Origin: Chthoniobacterales bacterium
GTDB lineage: Bacteria; Verrucomicrobiota; Verrucomicrobiia; Chthoniobacterales; Chthoniobacteraceae
Direction of reading: 5' to 3'
Length of the DNA stretch: 64,000 bases
Assembly (NCBI GenBank): GCA_038207335.1
Contig: JBBQZX010000009.1
Location: 103,174 to 167,173, forward strand
Shown here: one piece after another, positions 12,601 through 21,232 of the stretch
Position numbering within the stretch: the first letter of the stretch is position 1
How the letters are laid out: each line of letters starts with the position of its first letter
The notes under the pieces: generated by a model
The model's database searches: none
What the model saw: the letters and a program-made list of their open reading frames with translations, nothing else
Told to the model about the DNA's origin: nothing
Made by a program: the position numbers and the translations under genes

Positions 12601-15600
12601 GTTTCGCTGGCGCTGGCCAATGGGACTGCGGTCGGGGCAGATTACGGCCCCGGGACCGAAGTCTCGACCAACGGCGGCACGACGTGGACCCCCGCGGCGA
12701 CCGCGACTTTCGCGCCGGGTGCGACGAGCGTGCTCGTACGGACGCCGATCGTGAACGATACGCTGGATGAGAACACCGAGAACTTCACGCTCACCGCGAC
12801 GACGACGGTCGGCAGCACGACCAACCTGAGCGCCACCGGCACCGGGACGATCATTGATGACGACGCGCCACCCTCCTTCACGATCGACGACGTGACGCGG
12901 AACGAGAAGGCGGGGACGATGACTTTCACCGTCACGCTTTCGACGGCGAGCGGTTTGCCGATCACCGTCGGCTACGCGACGGCGAGCGGGACGGCGACGA
13001 GCAGCGCGGACTTCTCGCCGACGAGCGGGACGCTGAATTTCGCGCCCGGTGTGACCACGCAAACGATCGTCGTCCCGATCACGGACGACACGATTTACGA
13101 GAACAGCGAAAACTTCACCGTGGTCCTGAGTGCGCCGACCAACGCGACGATCTCCGATGGAACGGGCCTCGGCACGATCCTCGACGACGGCACCGGCGGC
13201 GGTGGCGCGGATAACGACAAGCCGACGCTCGCCGTGGGCAACGTCTCGACGACCGAGGGCATTAACCCTTTCGCGGTCTTCACCGTTTCGCTTTCCAATC
13301 CGTCGGCCTTCACGACGACGGTCTCGCTTGCGCTGGCGAATGGCACCGCGGTCGCCACGGATTACGGCCCCGGTCTGGAAGTCTCGACGAACGGCGGCAC
13401 GACCTGGACGGCAGCGGCGACGGCGACATTTGCCCCCGGCGTCACAAGCCTGCTCGTCCGCACGCCGATCGTGGACGATGCCGTCGCGGAGAGCACGGAA
13501 GCCTTCACGCTAACCGCGACGACGACGGTGGGCACGACCGCGAACCCGAGCGCCACCGGCACCGGGACGATTGTCGATGACGACGCGGCACCCGCCTTCA
13601 CGATCAATGACGTGACCCGCAACGAGAAAGCCGGCACCGCGACCTTCACCGTCACGCTCTCGAGCGCGAGCGGCCTGCCGATCACGGTCGGCTACGCGAC
13701 GGTTGGCGGGACGGCGACGAGTGGCGCGGACTTCGCACCGACATCCGGCACGCTGAGTTTCGCGCCGGGCGTCCTCACGCAGACGATCGTCGTGCCAATC
13801 ACGGACGACACGATCTTTGAGAATAGCGAGAGCTTCACCGTCGTCCTGAGCGCGCCGACGAATGCGACGATCACCGACGGCAGCGGCCTCGGCACGATCC
13901 TCGACGACGGCACCGGCGGCGGCGGAGTGGACGACGACCGTCCGACGCTCGCCGTGGGCAACGTCTCGACGACCGAGGGAATCAATCCGTTCGCGGTCTT
14001 CACGGTTTCGCTTTCGAATGCGTCGGCGTTCACGACCACGGTCGCGCTGACGCTGGCCGACGGCACGGCGATCGGCGCGGACTACGGCCCCGGACTCGAA
14101 GTCTCGACCAACGGCGGCACGACTTGGACCGCGGCCGCGACGGCCACCTTCGCTCCCGGCGCGACTAGTCTGCTCGTCCGCACGCCGATCGTGAACGACA
14201 CGCTCGACGAGAACACCGAGGCTTTCACGCTCACCGCGACGACGACGGTGGGCACGACCGCGAATCCGAGCGCCACCGGCACCGGCACGATCCTCGACAA
14301 CGACGCGCCGCCCGCCTTCACGATCGACGACGTGATCCGCAACGAAAAAGCGGGCACGGCGACCTTCACCGTCACGCTCTCCACCCCGAGCGGCCTGCCG
14401 ATCACGGTGGACTTTGCGACCGCGAGCGGGACGGCCACGAGCGGCGCGGACTTCTCGCCGACGAGCGGCACGCTGAATTTCGCACCCGGCGTCACCACGC
14501 AGACGATCGTCGTCTCGATCACGGACGACACGATCTTTGAAAACAGCGAGAGCTTCACTGTCGTCCTGAGCGCGCCGACGAACGCGACCATCACCGACGG
14601 CAGCGGCCTCGGCACGATCCTCGACGACGGCACCGGCGGCGGAGGGGCAGACAACGACAAGCCGGTCCTCGCGATCAACAACGTCTCGGGCACGGAAGGA
14701 ACCGACCCGTTTGAGGTCTTCACGGTCTCGCTATCCAATCCCTCGGCTTTTGCGACGACCGTGTCGCTGGCGCTGGCCAACGGCACCGCGGGCGCCGCGG
14801 ATTACGGCCCCGGTCTGGAAGTCTCGACGAATGGCGGCACGACGTGGACCCCCGCGGCGACGGCCACCTTCGCCCCCGGCGCGACCAGCCTCCTCGTCCG
14901 CACGCCGATCGTGGACGACGCCTTGGCGGAGAACACAGAAGCCTTCACGCTCACCGCGACGACGACTGCCGGGACGACCGCGAATCCCAGCGCCACCGGC
15001 ACCGGGACCATCCTCGACAACGACGCCGCCTCCTTCTCGATCAACAACGTGACCGTCGCCGAGGAAGCCGGCACCGCGACCTTCACGGTCACGCTTTCCA
15101 CGCCGAGCGCGCTGACCACGACGGTCAGCTACGCCACGGCGAGCGGGACGGCGACGAGTGGCGTCGATTTTACGGCAAAGAGTGGCACGCTTAGCTTCGC
15201 GCCGGGCGTGCTCACGCAGACGATCACCGTGCCGATCATCGACGACGCGATCTACGAGAATAGCGAGAACTTCACCGTGACCCTGAGCGCCCCGACCAAC
15301 GCGACCATCGCGAACGGCACGGGCGTCGGCACGATCGTCGATGATCCGATGATCGACAACCGACCGCCGGTCGCGAACCCCGACTCCGCGACGACGCCGG
15401 AAGACACCGCGGTCAACATCCCGGTGCTCACGAACGACACCGATCCCGACAGCGATCCGCTGACCGTGACGATCGCGACCGTTCCGCCGGCGCAGGGCAC
15501 CGTAATCATCAACCCCGACGGCACGCTGACCTTCACCCCGGCGCCGAATTTTAACGGCCTCGCGACGGTCAACTACATGATCACCGACGGCAACGGCGGC

Positions 15601-18534
15601 AGTTCTTCCACGATCGTGACTGTGACGGTGACGCCAGTGAACGACGCGCCGGTCGCGGTAAACGACAGCGCGCGGACGCCGCAGGATCGCCCGATTGCGA
15701 TTGAGATTCTCGCGAACGATTCCGACCCGGAAGGCAATCCGCTCACCGTCACGACCGCGACGGTCACTGGCGGCCGTGGCAGCGTGGTGATCAATCCCGA
15801 CGGCACGATCGAGTTCACGCCGGCGCCCGGCTTCACCGGCCCCGCGACCGTGGTTTACACGATCTCCGACGGACAGGGTGGAACCGCCACGGCGACGGTG
15901 GATATCCTCGTCGATGGGCTGCCAATCGCGACGGATGACTTCGCCTCGACCACGCCCGGCACGGCGGTCCTGATCCCGGTGCTCGGCAACGACATCGACC
16001 CCGAAGGCCTGCCGCTCACGCTCGTCTCCGCGACGATCCTGCCGAGCCAGGGGACGCTGACGATCTCGGGGGGCCAGCTTCTTTACACCCCCGCCGCCGG
16101 CGTCGTCGGCACGGTGGTCGGCCGCTACACCATCACCGACCAGGCGGGCAACATCGCCTCCGCAAACGTCACCATCACCATCGCGCAGACCCCGCCGCCT
16201 GCGCCGCCGGTCGCGACGAGCGACTCCGCTTCCACGGTGCAGCAGACGCCGGTGACGATCCCGGTTTTGCAAAATGACAGCGACCCCGCGGGCGGCGCGC
16301 TGACCGTGATCACGGCGAGCGTCCCGGCTGCGCAAGGCACGGTCGTCATCAACCCGGACGGCACGCTCACATTTACCGCAGCCCCCGGTTTTGAGGGAAC
16401 CGCGACGATCAACTACACGATCCAGAATCCCGTCGGCGACACCGCCACTGCGCCAGCAGTCGTGCAGGTCACCGGTGGCAATAGGCCCCCGATCGCGTCG
16501 CCCGATTCCGCGACTGCGGCGAGCGGCGTGCCGAAAATCGTGCGCCTCCTCCGCAACGACACCGACCCCGACGGCGACCCGCTCAGCGTGGTCTCTGCGA
16601 GCGTCCCGATCGCGCAGGGAACGGTGACCGTGAACCCCGATGGCACCGTGACCTTCACCTCCGCGCCCGGCTTCACCGGCACGGCCGTGATCGACTACAC
16701 GATCACCGACGGCAATGGCGGCAACAGCTCCAGCACCGTTTCGATCCTCGTGAGCGCCGCGCCCGTGAACGCCCCGCCGGTCGCAGTGAACGACACCGCC
16801 ACCACGCCGGTCGGTCAGCCGATCGATGTGCCGGTCCTCGACAATGACAGCGATCCCGACGGCGACCTGCTCACCGTCACGAGCGTCACCGTTCCTGCCG
16901 GCCAAGGCACCGCGACGATCAATCCCGACGGCACGATTCACTTCGTCCCGCCGCCCGGATTGAACGACGACGTGGTCCTCACCTACACGATCTCCGACGG
17001 TAATGGCGGCACGGCCACCGCGCTCGTCACGATCAATGTGAACGACAAGCCGATCGCCGTGGCCGACCAGGCCAGCACTCTGCCCGCGGTGCCGGTCACC
17101 GTTGCGGTGCTCACGAACGATTCCGACCCGAACGGCAACCCGCTCACCGTCACCGACGCGACGGCCGACCCCGCGGAAGGCACGCTCGTCATCAACCCTG
17201 ACGGCACGATCCGCTTCACGCCGGTCGCAGGATTCACCGGCATCGCGGAGGTGACCTACACGATCACCGACGGCAAGGGCGGCTACGCGGAAGCCATCGC
17301 CTACATCACGGTCAACAGCCCGCCCGTGCCGGTGGACGACACCGCCTTCACCCCTCTCGGCCAGCCCGTGACCGTCGCCGTCCTCGCCAATGACACCGAC
17401 CCCGACGGCGACCCGCTCACGGTCATTGGCGCGACCGTCGATCCGATCCAAGGCACAGTCGTCATCAACCCCGACAACACGCTCACCTTCACCCCCGCGC
17501 CGACCTTCACCGGACCCGCGATCATCACCTACGTGATCCGCGATCCGAGTGGCGCGCAGCGTTCCGCGCTCGTCACGATCACCCGGGGAAATATCGCGCC
17601 CGACTCGGACGACCGCACGGTTTACACCTACTGCGCCACGCCGCTGCGGATCAACCCGCGCCGCACCGCGACCGACGCCGACGGCGACCCGCTCACCGTC
17701 ACCGCGGTCACTCAGCCGCGCTTCGGCCGGGTCAAGATACTGCCCGATGGCAACGTGCTCTACCGCCCGCGGCTGAACTACACGACCACCACGACCGACA
17801 CCTTTACCGTCACGATCAGCGATGGCAAAGGCGGCACCACGATCGAGACGATCAGGGTCCGTTCGTTCGCGCAAATCGCAGGCACTTTCCAGGGCCTGAT
17901 GGTCAACACCGCCCCGCCGATCATGCCGATCGTCCCGGTCGCGCCCACCACCCGCGGGCGCCTCAAGATCACGCTGAATAACAGCGCCGCATTCTCCGCG
18001 CGGCTGGAGATCGACGGCAGCGTCTCCGCCTTCACCGGCAAGCTGGTCGGCGCGCTGACCTACTCGCGCACGCTGCGCATCGCGGGCCAGTCGGCCACAG
18101 TCACGGTGACCTACGACGACCTCGCCGATAGCTGGAGCGCCACCGTCACCGGACCCGGACTTGATGTCGAACAGGAAGCGGTCTACCTCGTGCGGCGTCC
18201 GATGAAAAAGCGCGCCGCCGCGGTCTATCCCGTGCAGCAGTTGGTGCCGCGCGGCAGCGTCGTCGCACCCGGCACCGCGCTCGTCCGCGTCAACAAGACC
18301 GGATCGGTGACCATCGTCGGCAAACTGCCGAGCGGGGCGGCGTTCAGCTCGTCCGCGTATCTCGATGTGGCAAATTCAGCGCCGATCTTCGACTGGGTCC
18401 CCAACGGCGCGCAGAGCATCGCCGGTCCCGTGCAAATCCCCGCGGTCGTCCCCGGCACACCGACCGCCGCCTTCGAGTGGCAAGGCAATTTCCCCGGCCT
18501 GCCCGACATCCTCGATCTCGCCCCCGCGCCGTAG
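9673..18534 (+). CDS. 2953-aa secreted adhesin: SBBP-type beta-propeller region, GEVED, 8 Calx-beta, 9 cadherin-like (Big_9) domains, basic C-terminal domain
   Basis: Signal peptide (…ASAHA); FQENVGQ/YDGVDLRVY/LEFDWIV/PLIIDP and STYxGG motifs; DYGDAP…GWIDFNLNGTF…GELEDY; Calx-beta 'GTATSGADF…SGTLxFAPG…GTIxDDD'; PVAxxD…VLxNDxDPDGDPLTV repeats. Confidence 0.9.
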   Translation: MLVSFTSILSRKWLLLAAGALLTTASAHAGSAAPARSETDFAQPEKLTEKQRAAIHSVVRDSTEQIWFQENVGQFPKEARYGFKTTFGSMLIFENHLRIVANQRDAATGVVGVQAVDLAFPGGTGAWEIVTGGASAVTGSYQQKDGTTLTPRIFNELTIRNIYDGVDLRVYSADKGVLEFDWIVAKAQDYAQIRLAATGQDGMIFNADGSATLGLRFQDLTLNMPATYQVIDGEKHALHGAMVAAETPGTMRYAISGDLVADQPLIIDPNVVWSTYIDLNDLATDTTDSTPSAPFDSYIFAVNANANGTYASGWIGEIITNGSYANYMEVNAGFVQGTVVNQTYLYRLSNDGLNITAWTSTGVTSPTGGVTNQKLGAVPADLELFPDGRVILGFGNGLVQIYSANLGARGYSGTPVTMDTLNSVAVVNNNSFYVGGRVAAAIPIAQIPVANVGPDATFAGTLEGVIIRYSNAATTPTPDWATYVGGDAQEYFTAVSMTPDLSKVVFATSTTGGANFPALVNAVDSTISGTELLVGVLAESATKPAAFSVFSFLGGTGDEGTVATNTMAALVTATNTDFFVGGTTASTDLPGTVGGAQPANGGGVFDAFASRIPLNGSAGVGFQSTYMGGAGQDRIGGIAYDVRADRLLIFGTTTGTFPTVDTVPPSNYYASAFGGGTYDIFVATVNGALTLKDYATYIGGSVNDYLGQTGNLVGQGHVVYSQATGLTYLATTVHSADLPASAIGTPPGKDRVKSNGVNDTHFVIAFNINSFDYGDAPATYEGGSPAREALTATLRIGATIDAEATAASGVGATGDDLLTSDDEDGIAALPTLLTTQTSHSVAVSVFNNTGVARTLRGWIDFNLNGTFEAGESASVSVPASAVQQTVTLTWATLPGITAGQSYLRVRLSDTALVDNAGTANIDERSIGTGGSGELEDYALTIAPLTLAVSNVSTTEGVDPFAIFNVTLSQPSPSAVTVSLALANGTAVGADYGPGTEVSTNGGTTWTPAATATFAPGATSVLVRTPIVNDTLDENTENFTLTATTTVGSTTNLSATGTGTIIDDDAPPSFTIDDVTRNEKAGTMTFTVTLSTASGLPITVGYATASGTATSSADFSPTSGTLNFAPGVTTQTIVVPITDDTIYENSENFTVVLSAPTNATISDGTGLGTILDDGTGGGGADNDKPTLAVGNVSTTEGINPFAVFTVSLSNPSAFTTTVSLALANGTAVATDYGPGLEVSTNGGTTWTAAATATFAPGVTSLLVRTPIVDDAVAESTEAFTLTATTTVGTTANPSATGTGTIVDDDAAPAFTINDVTRNEKAGTATFTVTLSSASGLPITVGYATVGGTATSGADFAPTSGTLSFAPGVLTQTIVVPITDDTIFENSESFTVVLSAPTNATITDGSGLGTILDDGTGGGGVDDDRPTLAVGNVSTTEGINPFAVFTVSLSNASAFTTTVALTLADGTAIGADYGPGLEVSTNGGTTWTAAATATFAPGATSLLVRTPIVNDTLDENTEAFTLTATTTVGTTANPSATGTGTILDNDAPPAFTIDDVIRNEKAGTATFTVTLSTPSGLPITVDFATASGTATSGADFSPTSGTLNFAPGVTTQTIVVSITDDTIFENSESFTVVLSAPTNATITDGSGLGTILDDGTGGGGADNDKPVLAINNVSGTEGTDPFEVFTVSLSNPSAFATTVSLALANGTAGAADYGPGLEVSTNGGTTWTPAATATFAPGATSLLVRTPIVDDALAENTEAFTLTATTTAGTTANPSATGTGTILDNDAASFSINNVTVAEEAGTATFTVTLSTPSALTTTVSYATASGTATSGVDFTAKSGTLSFAPGVLTQTITVPIIDDAIYENSENFTVTLSAPTNATIANGTGVGTIVDDPMIDNRPPVANPDSATTPEDTAVNIPVLTNDTDPDSDPLTVTIATVPPAQGTVIINPDGTLTFTPAPNFNGLATVNYMITDGNGGSSSTIVTVTVTPVNDAPVAVNDSARTPQDRPIAIEILANDSDPEGNPLTVTTATVTGGRGSVVINPDGTIEFTPAPGFTGPATVVYTISDGQGGTATATVDILVDGLPIATDDFASTTPGTAVLIPVLGNDIDPEGLPLTLVSATILPSQGTLTISGGQLLYTPAAGVVGTVVGRYTITDQAGNIASANVTITIAQTPPPAPPVATSDSASTVQQTPVTIPVLQNDSDPAGGALTVITASVPAAQGTVVINPDGTLTFTAAPGFEGTATINYTIQNPVGDTATAPAVVQVTGGNRPPIASPDSATAASGVPKIVRLLRNDTDPDGDPLSVVSASVPIAQGTVTVNPDGTVTFTSAPGFTGTAVIDYTITDGNGGNSSSTVSILVSAAPVNAPPVAVNDTATTPVGQPIDVPVLDNDSDPDGDLLTVTSVTVPAGQGTATINPDGTIHFVPPPGLNDDVVLTYTISDGNGGTATALVTINVNDKPIAVADQASTLPAVPVTVAVLTNDSDPNGNPLTVTDATADPAEGTLVINPDGTIRFTPVAGFTGIAEVTYTITDGKGGYAEAIAYITVNSPPVPVDDTAFTPLGQPVTVAVLANDTDPDGDPLTVIGATVDPIQGTVVINPDNTLTFTPAPTFTGPAIITYVIRDPSGAQRSALVTITRGNIAPDSDDRTVYTYCATPLRINPRRTATDADGDPLTVTAVTQPRFGRVKILPDGNVLYRPRLNYTTTTTDTFTVTISDGKGGTTIETIRVRSFAQIAGTFQGLMVNTAPPIMPIVPVAPTTRGRLKITLNNSAAFSARLEIDGSVSAFTGKLVGALTYSRTLRIAGQSATVTVTYDDLADSWSATVTGPGLDVEQEAVYLVRRPMKKRAAAVYPVQQLVPRGSVVAPGTALVRVNKTGSVTIVGKLPSGAAFSSSAYLDVANSAPIFDWVPNGAQSIAGPVQIPAVVPGTPTAAFEWQGNFPGLPDILDLAPAP
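12505..15345 (+). repeat. Intragenic tandem repeat, 720-bp unit (two Calx-beta domains) x ~4
   Basis: Unit starts align at ~12508, 13228, 13948 and 14668 (…gcaacgtctcgacgaccgagg…) with high nucleotide similarity. Confidence 0.9.
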
Positions 18535-18591
18535 CCGGCCGTTAAAAAACGGGGCGAGTCCCCGGATGATTGGTGATCGGAGCGCGTCGAG

Positions 18592-19149
18592 CGTCCATCA
18601 AAAAAAGGAGAGGTCGTCGCGCGGCTCGACACCGCGACTTTGGCCGCCGAACTCGACATCGCAAATGCCGAGGCCAAATTGCAGTCGACCCGCAAATCAA
18701 GGCTGGAAGAGCTCGGGACGGCGAATCGCTCGACGCCGGAGGAGCTGGAAAAGGCGCGCACCGACCTGACGATCAAGCAGGCGCAGGTGCGGAAAATCGA
18801 GGCGATGATCGAGAACCGCACGATGCGGAGCCCGGTCGCCGGCGTCGTCACCGAGATTAAGCGCGACCCGAGCGAGAGCGTCTCCGCCGCACAGCCGCAC
18901 GTCCTCACAGTCGTGCAAATCGACAAGCTGATCGCCAATCTTTTCCTCCCGCCTGCGCGTGCCGAATCCCTGAAAACTGGCGCCATCGCCGAGCTTCAGC
19001 TCCTCGACGAAAATCAAAAAGCGCCCGCGACGATCGAGTTCGTCAGCCCGATCACCGACTCCGCGAGCGGCACGGTGCGCGTGAAATTCGTCATCGATAA
19101 CACCGCCGGCACACACCGCGCCGGCGGCCGCTGCACCCTCGCGGAGTAG
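18592..19149 (+). pseudogene. Efflux RND/HlyD-type periplasmic adaptor subunit, N-terminally truncated or frameshifted
   Basis: KKGEVVARLD…RSPVAGVV…FVSPITDSASGTVRVKFVIDN membrane-fusion motifs. An A7 run at 18600-18606 shifts the frame relative to the upstream ASIKK, and there is no signal peptide or first lipoyl strands. Confidence 0.7.
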
Positions 19150-19157
19150 CCTCGACC

Positions 19158-19343
19158 TTAGTAAGGCGTGGTCACTTGCCGCCCGTCTTTTTTGTATTCG
19201 AACTGCCGGTTGTTCGCGTCATACACGCGTTCCGTGCTGCTGCCGGCGGACGCATGAGACGCGTGGGAGGTGGCCTGCGACGCGCATGAGGAAAGCAGCG
19301 AAACGAGGCCAACGATGGCGAGGGTGAGAATGGAGGTTTTCAT
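19158..19343 (-). CDS. Small lipoprotein
   Basis: MKTSILTLAIVGLVSLLSSC: basic n-region, hydrophobic core, LSSC lipobox. Confidence 0.7.
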   Translation of the reverse strand: MKTSILTLAIVGLVSLLSSCASQATSHASHASAGSSTERVYDANNRQFEYKKDGRQVTTPY

Positions 19344-19584
19344 CGGCAGACAAATCGAACGTCTTGGACGCGGAAGCCGTATCGATTCGAGGTCGCGAGA
19401 TTTGAAGCGCGGGAGCTTGTTCCCGCATTCCTCAGCCCTTCCCGCCCCTTCTCGATGCCAAGCGGAGCTTCGGAACGAGAGTCTCCCGGCGAGGAGTTCG
19501 TCTGTGCACGGCTACAACTCGCATACCGTCTTTCTCGGTGTCTCCACGACTCGGCGATTCTTTCGCGTGGCTGATTCCAAGACG

Positions 19585-19615
19585 AAAAAAAGGGCGGGAT
19601 CGAAATCCCGCCCTT
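19585..19615 (-). terminator. Rho-independent terminator
   Basis: aagggcgggat-cgaa-atcccgccctt hairpin with an A7 run (U-tract on minus strand), 30 bp past the stop of 19645..20982. Confidence 0.85.
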
Positions 19616-19644
19616 CTCAAAACTTAAACGCTCGCGCTTTTCGC

Positions 19645-20982
19645 CTACTGGCTCACCGGAGTGGGCTCGCCGACGAGGACTGGCGGGAATCCCAGTGAGC
19701 CGGGGAGGTAAGGCGAAGAAAGCAGTTCCTTGACCTCCTCCAGCGGCTCTTTGAAGTCCTTCGACTCTTTGCCGTCTTTCGAAGCATCGTAGCGAGCGCG
19801 ACGAGGGTCGCGCTCGGGGCGGCTTTCCGCGATCGCTTCAAGCGACGGGGCTACTTCATTGCTGGCGAGCGAGATGTCGCTGAAGGTGTTCACTTCATGC
19901 AGCGCGATGACGTCGGTACCGTTGGTAGGAGTCCAGCGGGCGAGGATTTGCGAGCCGCTGATTGCGGGGAAATCCGCGGAGGCGGTTCCGCTCGAGCCAT
20001 TGAATACCAAGCGGGCGGCAGGTGTGCGGCCTTCGAGCGAAACCGCTTTTGCCGGCGTGCTGGAAGTGGTCGCGGGGTTGCTCACTTTGATGAGATTCTG
20101 CTCCCCGGCATCAATGGTTTTTGTGACTCCATCCGCGGGTGCAACGACGAAGATGTCGAGTGTGCCGATGGCTTTGTTATCGGCTTGGACGGCCAAGCGG
20201 GTGATGGACCTGCTCGCTTTGCTTTCGATCACAAGGCCGGACTCCGTGGTGGTCGGGGCGATGGTCACTGCGCTCTCGGGATTGTCGTCGATGGCCTTTT
20301 GCCAGGAGACGTATCCCTCGGCTGAGTTTGCGTAGGCGACGCGGCTGTCGCTGTAGAGTGCCGCGGCGTTGAAGCTCGTCTGAAGATTCACTGCGGAGCC
20401 GAAGACGGCATTGACATCGATCGGCTGCTCCCGCTGGCGAATGCTGTAGCTGGTGGCAGCCTGATCGCCGTAGAGATAGAGGCTGTAGAGCGAGCCGGCG
20501 TCGGCTACATCGGTTTCGATGAGCAGGTATTTCGCGAAACGGCTGAACGATTTCGCGAGTCGCTTGCCGTTGATTGTGTCGAAGGGCACGTCTTTCGCGA
20601 TCACGCTCCACGATATCGCGCCAGGGGCGGCTGGGGAGTCGCCAGCGTAGAGCGTCACGGTTCCGGTCGCCGGGGCGGCGGAGACGCAGAAGTTCGTCAA
20701 AAGCTGGGGCTCGGAAAGGACGACGAGGTAATCCTGCTTGCCGGGAAGCATGGGATACCGGGTCGTCACATCGTCATCCAGCCACGCAGCGGCGGCTTCG
20801 GTTGCGGTGTACTCTTTGCTCGCGGAGTCAAAGTGGCGAAGGTTTGTGCCTAGGTGCTGCCGGGCGAGATTTTTTGGAAAAATCTGCAACTGCCGGGAAG
20901 CGTTATCCGAATCGGACGGTGCCGCGAAAGCGGCACCTGAGCAGGTCAAGGCGACGAGAGAAACCAGCGTTTTGGTCTTCAT
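19645..20982 (-). CDS. Secreted hypothetical protein with two possible discoidin/galactose-binding-like domains
   Basis: Signal peptide (…AAFA); AWLDDDVTT and KAIDDNPES motifs; C-terminal DGKESKDFK and Pro-rich tail. Confidence 0.7.
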   Translation of the reverse strand: MKTKTLVSLVALTCSGAAFAAPSDSDNASRQLQIFPKNLARQHLGTNLRHFDSASKEYTATEAAAAWLDDDVTTRYPMLPGKQDYLVVLSEPQLLTNFCVSAAPATGTVTLYAGDSPAAPGAISWSVIAKDVPFDTINGKRLAKSFSRFAKYLLIETDVADAGSLYSLYLYGDQAATSYSIRQREQPIDVNAVFGSAVNLQTSFNAAALYSDSRVAYANSAEGYVSWQKAIDDNPESAVTIAPTTTESGLVIESKASRSITRLAVQADNKAIGTLDIFVVAPADGVTKTIDAGEQNLIKVSNPATTSSTPAKAVSLEGRTPAARLVFNGSSGTASADFPAISGSQILARWTPTNGTDVIALHEVNTFSDISLASNEVAPSLEAIAESRPERDPRRARYDASKDGKESKDFKEPLEEVKELLSSPYLPGSLGFPPVLVGEPTPVSQ

Positions 20983-21232
20983 AATGTGGAGTTCAGTATC
21001 GGGTTTGGGTTAAATTGGAAGCAGGAAAAGAAGACGATGCGAATTTCGGTGGTTGTGGAAATTTCAGCAAATATGGAAGGTTTTTTGACGCGGGCAATGA
21101 TTTTCTTTCGGGAAAAAAGGTGTGTCAGCGATGGCGAATTTGGTTGGCAAACTCCTTGATGAAAAGTTATTAACAATACCGGACTGGTGCGTCTGATGCT
21201 CGCGTCTCCCGTTACTTTAAAAAACACAAATT

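Noticed and set aside
19405..19482. Possible degenerate REP (cttgttccc…gcggagcttcggaacgag)
   Set aside because: Single poorly paired copy; cannot be supported from this window.
21145..21160. Sigma54-like TGGCAA-N5-TTGA upstream of the pseudokinase/EPS operon
   Set aside because: The -12 dinucleotide is GA rather than GC; too weak to call.
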